Assembly (NCBI GenBank): GCA_024626585.2
Contig: JANKJI020000002.1
Location: 212,217,445-212,235,198 of the forward strand
Length of the DNA stretch: 17,754 nt
Source of the DNA: Ginkgo biloba
Taxonomy: Eukaryota > Plantae > Ginkgophyta
Reading direction: 5' to 3'
Shown here: in pieces, positions 9,456 through 17,754 of the stretch
How the letters are laid out: each line of letters starts with the position of its first letter
Position numbering within the stretch: the stretch's first letter is position 1
The notes under the pieces: model-generated
What the model was told of the DNA's origin: nothing
The model's input: only the letters and a program-made list of their open reading frames with translations
Database searches by the model: none
Program-made: the position numbers and the translations under genes

Positions 9456-12400
9456 CTGTCATGTTTCCTGATATCAGTTGCTTACCCAAATCCTCCAGTG
9501 GAAATATAATATGTTTTCACTTTAAAATTCATCAACATCCTTCTAATACTATTCCATTTCTACGAATTCTAAGGGACAAAATGATCAGAGGTAAATTTCC
9601 AAAATCACATATGAGATCAAATTCTTCAATGGCAACACAACTTGAAGTTGGGGCACTCATGAAAACTATCTGACACTATTGCACGGTCATTAACAATATT
9701 ACCAACCTAGCTTTGAAAATCCATAATCTCCATCTAGAGTGCCAAATTTGCTGTGCAATAAGTATTAAAGGGTGCAAGTACCTGCGTCTTATATAAACAA
9801 AGGAAACAAGTGCACCCTAGGCAAGATCATTATTACAATTCAAGATTTTAAAAGTTCATTTTTGAGGAAATAAGATTGATATTTGCTTAAGCTAAAATCC
9901 TCTTTTGATTATTTTCTCTGCCTTATTCGAAATTCTTTAAGGGAGCCACTTTCTACGACAAAAAAGTTACCCAGGTTATAAAAGGAGGATGATAGAAAAT
10001 TTAAAGTCTATGTCTTCCAAGGTAGAAACCCCAAAAAATTACTGACCCCTTATGATAGTGATCAACTACAAAATATATGAATTGCAAAAGGATATGGCAA
10101 AGCATAACACAGGGAAGGAACTGNNNNNNNNNNNNNNNNNNNNNNNNNNNNNNNNNNNNNNNNNNNNNNNNNNNNNNNNNNNNNNNNNNNNNNNNNNNNN
10201 NNNNNNNNNNNNNNNNNNNNNNNNNNNNNNNNNNNNNNNNNNNNNNNNNNNNNNNNNNNNNNNNNNNNNNNNNNNNNNNNNNNNNNNNNNNNNNNNNNNN
10301 NNNNNNNNNNNNNNNNNNNNNNNNNNNNNNNNNNNNNNNNNNNNNNNNNNNNNNNNNNNNNNNNNNNNNNNNNNNNNNNNNNNNNNNNNNNNNNNNNNNN
10401 NNNNNNNNNNNNNNNNNNNNNNNNNNNNNNNNNNNNNNNNNNNNNNNNNNNNNNNNNNNNNNNNNNNNNNNNNNNNNNNNNNNNNNNNNNNNNNNNNNTC
10501 AGCACAAAAAATCCCCAACCACTACCTACATGACTGTTACATATATTTAGGGTGGCTGGACGGTCCATTGACATTGAAACAAAACACTCAGCTGTGACAT
10601 ACTTTAAAACCCTATGGTCTATAGGGGTTTTTGACAGAGTAAGGCAATATCCATTGTGGAAATGGAATTGTTGATACCCAAAATGTTCATAAGTTTATGC
10701 AAATAAACATTTATTGTCATGTAAAGCTAGCTGGTTGCTAAGTTATGTTAACAGGGGAAATCCTAAAATCATTGGTGTGGGCTCATTTAAATTCCCATTA
10801 CCTCCATATGGCCATGGCAACTGGCAGACATATGGGAGGTGTATCATATAGAGCTGTGAAGGGAGGTAAAGCATGATAGGATGGTTGGTGCATAAAATGC
10901 AATAAACACCCAAGGGTAGTTAGCATCATAGAGTGGTTGGTGATTAAAATCCAACGGATGATACCCATGGCTCATATTGACCAAGTTTCAAGGGTCAAGT
11001 TACTTGTCTTAACATGAAATGGAGTCACCTCACACTTACAAGGATGTCCGGATCCACCTCTGTTCTTATGAATACACGATACTGGGTGCTACCTCACATC
11101 GGTGAGGAAGGTTGCATGTGATAGAAAAATATGATGGGTATAACCCAATAAAGAGAGGGAGAAAAGTCAAACCTATTGACTAGGAATGGACCCAAAATAA
11201 AGAATAGGGTATGACTAAGTGGAAGGTGTCATGTCCATGTAGATGGAAGCGATTCTATTAGCGATCGAGGATTGGGGAGGAAGAGGCGGATGCGACTTGT
11301 CCACACTTTGCGGACCCAAAGTCCTAATTAAAGACAATTGAGAAGGGGGACACCTAGGGCCCCATATGAAGCCTTTTGTGCACTATCAAAGGGAGGTCAT
11401 GGACCCAAGACCATAATTAAAAGGATTTGAGGTGTATAAGAATTTAGAAATGTGTTGGTCTTATTATTTTTGGGATTTTGGGATTTGGGAGGTTAGAGCA
11501 AGGAACGTGATCTAGATAAGGATCTGAGATGATGCATACCCGAATAAAAGGTGAAATACAATGAATAGGAGGTTTTAGGCCTCTTAGAATCCAAGTTCCC
11601 CTCTTGTCGTGCTTAACTACAAAATGCTTAATAAAATGATACAAGGCTCAAGAAGACAAGCTAGTTGTCACATATCAGAGAGTGATGCACCTTAATTTAC
11701 CAATGATATTAAGCAATAATTGGAATCACCTATTATAAATCCATGGAGATATCCTTGTGTGTATGGACATTATAACCATATTAGTGGGGATTATGGCTAT
11801 TGTAGTATCTTAAAGGAAAACAACATTGGGGTGCGATAATGGAGCTCACCAACCAGAACATTAATCATGGGACTTTGGCATTGAGGATTGGAAACACATA
11901 TAAGTGCAAGAGGACTAAGGAGGAAAAGGATGCGACCTACAAAAGAGAGGGGGAAGATAGTATAGGATAACCAAAATAAGAAAATAGAGGAAGATAAGGA
12001 GTTTAAGGAGAGAATGAAGAGGTACATACAAAGAAGGAACCAAGGAGAAGGTAACATGTAAGGAGTCCAAGAAGGGAGCAAGGAGGGAGAAGAGAAAGAA
12101 ATAAGGAAGGGTCAGAGAGAAAGAGAGAATTTGGCAATTGAACAAATGCATTGAACATAAGGTAGATTAGGGACGGAGAATATTGGTGCATAATGTGGCG
12201 TGCACTTGTAGGGATCTAGAGTGAGTTGCGTATCAACTGATAGAAGCCAAAGAGAGAGTATTCGANNNNNNNNNNNNNNNNNNNNNNNNNNNNNNNNNNN
12301 NNNNNNGCACAGTTGAATAAGCGCGCCTGCAGGGCTTTGAGCATTGGGGTCAAAAGATTAAATGCAATTCCATATGATAGTGAGGAAGGTCTATAATGTT

Positions 12401-12619
12401 TAGATGTGGTCCATCCTGTGGGGGACGTCTGAATTTATTGCTGTGAGTAGGCTGATAGTCCAATTGTAATGAATTGTTTTTTAATACCTAATGAAAGTAT
12501 TGAATTTTGAGTGTTTTACNNNNNNNNNNNNNNNNNNNNNNNNNNNNNNNNNNNNNNNNNNNNNNNNNNNNNNNNNNNNNNNNNNNNNNNNNNNNNNNNN
12601 NNNNNNNNNNNNNNNNNNN

Positions 12620-14477
12620 TGGAGAGATGACATGTGGCAAACAGCTCCATAGAAGAGCGTTTAGTGTTAGGGAACCATCAAGGACAAGTCCAACCTTTCT
12701 ATGGAGATATTCAAACCAATTTTTCTATACATTCAGGGGATACAAAGGCTTGTGCAACTTTCTAGAATTGATTTCTACCTTCTAGCTTAAGGTGTTAGCT
12801 TTTTCTCTTTTAGATATAGATTCTGGATTGCATAGCAAGGTGCTCTTATCTGGGCTTCCAAATTCTGCACTAGTAAGTTGTTTTGGGGTTGAGGAGGTGA
12901 CATCTCACCGGTCCTCTTTTCCGCATCAGAGTAATAGGGCATTGTCTTTTAAAANNNNNNNNNNNNNNNNNNNNNNNNNNNNACTAATTCAATCATCTAA
13001 AGCTCTAACTAGCTAAAACAAGTGGTGTAGGGACTCTAATAGGGTTGCATGGCACATTAGGAGTTATTTTCACCCAGATTAGGGTTTAGTTTGCAAAGCG
13101 CTCCACAAACAGGTTGAGAAATAGGGTGTTTTCATCAACAAGATGTTTCTACTCCTTTAACCAGAGCATCTCATTCAAGTAAGTCTCTCTTCTTGTAAAT
13201 ATTAGGAAACCCTAGCTTTGCTACAAAACTTTCAATTTGTTATAATTTATATAAACTCTCTATATGATAAATTAATATAAACAGTATGAGCCAGAATTCT
13301 AATTTGTTCAAATAAATTCATATAAACAGGTNNNNNNNNNNNNNNNNNNNNNGTCAAAACGGCTCATACAAAGTAGGGCAACTCCAACTTAGAAGTCATT
13401 TGGATAAATTTATGGTTGAATATTGTTATTATGATGCAAAATATCATTTATTGATGAAGGAAACCCACCCTTTATATCATGTAGGCCACTTTCCCTTACC
13501 GTAGCAAAACCCTAGATTAGTGTCTAGGAAAACATAGCAAGCTAGGTAATCTAATGTGGGATTTCATTTGTCCTTGCTAGGACATGTATTACTATTTAAT
13601 ATCCCTATGCATACACACTTTATGGGCTAACTAGAAGTGGATTGAAAGACACCTAGTGGGGATTTAGTTGTTGCTCATGGCTAACCCCATGATTTTACCA
13701 ACTCTATGGCTATTGTTGTAGTCATACGGGTTGTTGACCATACTAGTGTATTTATAGTTCTAGGGTTATTGTTGTAGCCTTAGGGTTTGTTGACCAAACC
13801 AAAAATTAATATAAATAAATAGGGATGGATATCCCTAATTGTTAAGATAACCTTAGTGCCAAAGAGAAGTTGTAACAAACCTAGCACCTGGCACCCTCAC
13901 TAGTGTGAGGATGGATTGCGGGTTGGGTCTAGCAATTAATTCATAGCTACTAGACGTTGGCGATAAGCACTGTTTGTTCCCGAATGTTTGGTGGCTGACA
14001 TAGTAAGTCCATATANNNNNNNNNNNNNNNNNNNNNNNNNNNNNNNNNNNNNNNNNNNNNNNNNNNNNNNNNNNNNNNNNNNNNNNNNNNNNNNNNNNNN
14101 NNNNNNNNNNNNNNNNNNNNNACATTACAATAAATTAACATAAATACATGTCTGCATATATTTGAATTTCAATATTGCTCATTATGAATGTGATTCATAT
14201 CTTTATCATTGTATGGATACATGTGCATGTATATCTCCGTTTCATCATGATTATTGCAGGTTTTAACTTGTTTAGCATGCAGGTTTAGAGGTGAGTTATT
14301 ACATAATCCCATTTCCTAAATTTGGCATTACGTTCTAGTTTTGCATAGTCCACCATTGATGTGTATTAGAATATGTGGTATGCATCTAAAATGTATTGTA
14401 TGAGGACATGCAAAAATTATCATCCCATTATCCAGGGTTCCAGATCAGATCATGTTAAGTGGGGAAGATTTATTACA
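12620..14477 (+). mobile_element. Probable long LTR or non-coding retroelement remnant
   Basis: No coding motifs found. It ends in a gypsy-LTR-like terminus ...gtggggaagatttaTTACA (14477) and carries internal short direct repeats. The left boundary and continuity are uncertain because of three internal gaps. Confidence 0.35.
13711..13796 (+). repeat. Imperfect direct repeat, 2 x 30 bp, 56-bp spacing
   Basis: tattgttgtagtcatacgggttgttgacca (13711-13740) versus tattgttgtagccttagggtttgttgacca (13767-13796), 26/30 identical. Confidence 0.8.
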
Positions 14478-14629
14478 ATCCCAATCCCAATAATTGGTGC
14501 TACATTCTAATCTTGTTGGACCAACAATTAAAGTGCATTAGACTATGCAGTATCTGTTTATAATGTGTCGTGTAGACATTAATAAACACAATTTTCTCTG
14601 CATGCATGTCATAGATTGTAAAAGAAGCT

Positions 14630-16085
14630 AGCAATTGTCTAGATATCTATATTAGGGCTTCTCAAAAAACCTAGGTTAATTATGTCCAATAATAATGTCA
14701 ATATATGTTGAAGTTTGCTAAGAGATTGGGCTATTTAAAATAAAAGATCAAATATTAGAATTTAAATCTTATAGAAAGTAAGAAGGAAAGTAAGAGGGTG
14801 GTAGAGTCTATTCTTATTGGTATTTAAGAGGAGATTAATAGAGAGGGTCTCTCCTTTAATTTAGTGGCTAGATAAGCTAAAGAGGTTAGGGTTTTGGATA
14901 TCTTGCTTAAAGAAGAGGAGGAGACCTAGAGACTAAAATCTAGGATGTTGTGGCTAGTCATAGGGGATAAAAACACTACTTTTTCCATAAAGATGTGATC
15001 CATAGGTTACATTCAAACTTTATTTAAAAATTCAAGAAGGAAAGTGGTGAGTGTTTGAGCTTCTAAGAGGAGGTGAGGGATGAGGCAGTCAGGTATTTTT
15101 TTTCCTTATTGTCAAAATAATAGGTGGATAGGCTTGGGGCTCAAGTAGAGATTTTGAAAGTAATCATAATTTTATTCAAGAGGAAGAAAATAAATCTATG
15201 ATAAAGTCAATTTATTTCTAGGAGTTGGAGGAGGTAATTTTTAGTATGAAGGATGACAAGGCCCCTAGGCTGGATGGATTTCAAGAAAATTTCTATAAAT
15301 CCACCTAGACGATTATAAAAAATAATTTGATAAGGTGTTGTGAGGAGTCAAGGAGTTTAGGGAGGATGTTTGGGTGATTGAATGATGCTTTCATAGTATT
15401 AATCCCTGAAGATAGAAACCTAAGTTCCTTTGATAGATTTAGACCTATCTCATTATGAAATATTTAATATAATATCATTTTAAAATTGATGGTAAACATA
15501 ATGAAGAATATTTTATCAAAGATGATATTAGAGGAATAAGGGGGTTTCGTTCAAGGGAAACTAATAACTGCTAATGTGGTGTTCACTTAGGAATCCCTTT
15601 AGTCGACAAAGATCTAAAGAGATAATATAATATTGATAAAGTTGGATATGGGTAACACCTACGATTATCTAGATAGAAATTTCTTACTCAAAGTTCTTAA
15701 GTGATTTGGGTTCTATAAGGAGTGGAGAAATTGGGTAGAAGGTTATATCTCTAACCCCTCCTTCTCAGTTTTGGTGAATGGAATCCCAGTTGGATATTTT
15801 ATAAGTACTTGTGGTATCAGGTAGGTTATCATCTATCACCAAATTTGTTCATCCTATTTGTTCAATCCTTGGGTAGATTATTGAAAGCAAAGTAGATTTG
15901 CGCCCCCTAGTTGGAGCGAAAATAAACTCAAATTACAAACCAATATCACATGTTTAATTTGTGTATGATATGATTATGATGGGTAAGGATTCCTTAGAAA
16001 ATTATCATTTATTTAAGGAGGCTCTAAATATATTTTTGAAGGATCTAGGAGGTACAATAAATAAGGGAAAAATATTTGTTTTTGA
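14630..16085 (+). mobile_element. Decayed L1 LINE ORF2 segment (linker plus reverse transcriptase)
   Basis: Manual plus-strand translation: EEEET*RLKSRMLWLVIGDKNTTF (~14910-14985); KAPRLDGFQENFYK (~15258-15300); FIVLIP...FRPISL*N (~15390-15460); IKLDMGNTYD (~15636-15665); FSVLVNG...GIR* (~15762-15825); ISHV*FVYD, the decayed FVDD (~15944-15970). The start boundary is approximate. Confidence 0.9.
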
Positions 16086-17089
16086 ATGCACCTAGATCTA
16101 CAACATGTAGAAACTGAAAACAAGAAAATAATTTCTTCTAAATCCAACTACAAACTCAGATAAACTTGAAGAGAATAGATATTCTTTGGAATGTCGGTTT
16201 CTTAGGGTCCTCTCGTGCAAGGGGAGAGTATCAATAACTCAATGCCTTCGATAAGNNNNNNNNNNNNNNNNNNNNNNNNNNNNNNNNNNNNNNNNNNNNN
16301 NNNNNNNNNNNNNNNNNNNNNNNNNNNNNNNNNNNNNNNNNNNNNNNNNNNNNNNATTTTAGGACAAAATATGATAATCCTAGTTTTGGGACAGAACACT
16401 GTGGCTTTTTACAGATTTAGGGCAGCATTAAGGTAAATCAAGAAGATTGGAGTTTGTAATGCATTATAGATAAAATTTACTTTTCAAAATTGGAAATGCA
16501 TTCCTAGGTTTCCAGGTCTGGTCATGGAACTCTAGAAACTAGAAATAGGTATATCACATTCATCTATGAAGCTAATCACTCAAGCTTTGGTCTGCTCATG
16601 CTACTGTATATTTGTCTCCTTCCAAGGCCAAGGGTCCTCCATATGGTACTTAGAAACTGAAGCATGATCAATACATGAGTCGCAACAAAAATGGCACATA
16701 CAAAATATAGCAGATTGGTATGAATACAAGACAAGCTAAAAATAAATTGCCACCATCCCTGTGAAGTCACCGACTTTGCCCACAAGTACTCCACATGAAG
16801 TGGAAGTGGGTAATCGTAGCACGATAAGAACCAGAGTGTGTCTAGAGTTACTCAAAAGTTTGTCTCCTCTAAGCAAATCAGTCTCTAAACATATTAGGTT
16901 CATGTTGCCACAATGTTCAACAGTTTCACAGAAGCTAAAAAACTTTTTTCTTTCTTAATCCACTTATTTTGTATTATTGTTGATTTTTTCTAGTGCCCAG
17001 AACAGAATTTTTAACAACCCTAAAGAAAGACTGATAGATCACAAATGGAAAACTTATAGATGCAAGAGCTTGTGCAAACAATGGGGACC

Positions 17090-17459
17090 CATGCTTTGAG
17101 AGTGAAGCATGTTAAAAGGGGGTAGCATGTTATGTCCCAAAGTAATATATATGACTATGATTGATTATGTTAATTATATAAGATACAAGTGGTAGGCCCA
17201 TGTTTCCAAGGGTAACCACAAATTAGGTGCAAAGTAGTAGGTAGACTAGGTTTAAGGCTAAGGAGGCCCATTTTGGGTATATACGGCCACTCAAGCCTCA
17301 TTTGTAACATATAATTTGTTTTTATCTTAATCTTTTTACTTTGTTTATTTGTAATTTGTTGAACTCAGGTCAGTCCATGAATGACTTCTTGGGCTCAAAT
17401 GAGAGCCATTGTGATATTGTGATCTGTTTGGCTTTGTGGCATGGATTTTCATTATATCA
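17090..17459 (+). mobile_element. 3' end (PPT plus short 3' LTR) of a second chromovirus related to the 2620-6567 element
   Basis: atgctttgagagtgaagcatgttaaaagggggtagcaTGTTATG resembles atgctgcgagggcaaagcatgccaagtggggggcaTGTTGTG at 6526-6567. The LTR starts TG at 17128, has a TATA-like gtatata near 17277 and plausible CA ends at 17451 or 17459. Confidence 0.65.
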
Positions 17460-17519
17460 TGCATGAATCTTGCGTATGCTGTTGTATATCATGCATGAAT
17501 CTTGTGTATGCTGTTGTAT
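17453..17519 (+). repeat. Tandem duplication, 2 x 32 bp
   Basis: tatatcatgcatgaatcttg(c/t)gtatgctgttg at 17453-17484 and 17485-17516, with one CpG->TpG difference. Confidence 0.92.
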
Positions 17520-17569
17520 CTCTGCATTTTATGACATTTTGTGCAACTTTTGAGTAGTGAAAACTGTTT

Positions 17570-17580
17570 GGGTCGCTACA
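17570..17580 (+). mobile_element. LTR terminal motif GGGTCGCTACA
   Basis: Matches the GGGTCG(T/C)TACA / TGTA(A/G)CGACCC type of terminus common in plant gypsy LTRs. The partner end and target-site duplication were not found. Confidence 0.45.
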
Positions 17581-17754
17581 GTATCCCAGAAACTTTACAC
17601 CTTCACAGCACTAATGATGGGAATCACTTTTGTTGCCTCTCACTCATTCCCATTTCCATGCATTTGCAACCAGGAAATATCAAATTCGCATGTTTAGAGT
17701 TCAAAGTTTCACCTTTGCGATAAATAGCCATATTCCCTCCTCATTATTCACAAA

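Noticed and set aside
9456-9485. 30-nt GTAAG...CAG micro-intron before the exon
   Set aside because: Too short for a plant spliceosomal intron, and the sequence upstream does not encode the expected ...NLFADP.
11797-12191. Three overlapping hydrophobic F/L/S/P-rich minus-strand ORFs as membrane proteins
   Set aside because: All three frames are open because the strand is pyrimidine-rich and stop-poor; this is a compositional artefact.
16106-17580. TGTAG (16106) ... CTACA (17580) as the two ends of one solo LTR
   Set aside because: The flanks caaca and gtatc do not form a target-site duplication, only 5 bp are inverted, and a 100-N join lies between them.
1-17754. CRISPR array, retron/DGR-like RT system, tRNA/rRNA genes or a prokaryotic operon
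   Set aside because: No regularly spaced repeat-spacer array or structured RNA gene was seen. Both RTs are ordinary decayed plant gypsy and L1 enzymes in a spliceosomal-intron context.

Overview
Eukaryotic, AT-rich, gapped plant genomic DNA with 12 N-runs. The TE load, intron scale and mutation pattern suggest a large-genome seed plant, probably a gymnosperm (inference). The only intact host coding sequence is one 144-nt minus-strand exon of a plastid-type ferrochelatase (9455->9312, [52 protein letters not shown] flanked, phase 0/0). Neither neighbouring exon is visible, so the rest of the window is probably two very long introns (>8 kb each) filled with decayed elements. From left to right these are: the integrase C-terminus of a non-chromovirus Ty3/gypsy (-), a degraded ABCB/P-glycoprotein nucleotide-binding-domain fragment that seems to keep its own intron (-; absent from the ORF track), a near-complete chromodomain Ty3/gypsy (+), the 5' part of an L1 LINE (-), unassigned LTR-like DNA, an L1 reverse-transcriptase segment (+), and the PPT/3' LTR of a second related chromovirus (+). 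I see no convincing novel multi-gene system. The best leads are the ABCB gene fragment inside the apparent intron and the unusual splice-acceptor region of the isolated ferrochelatase exon.
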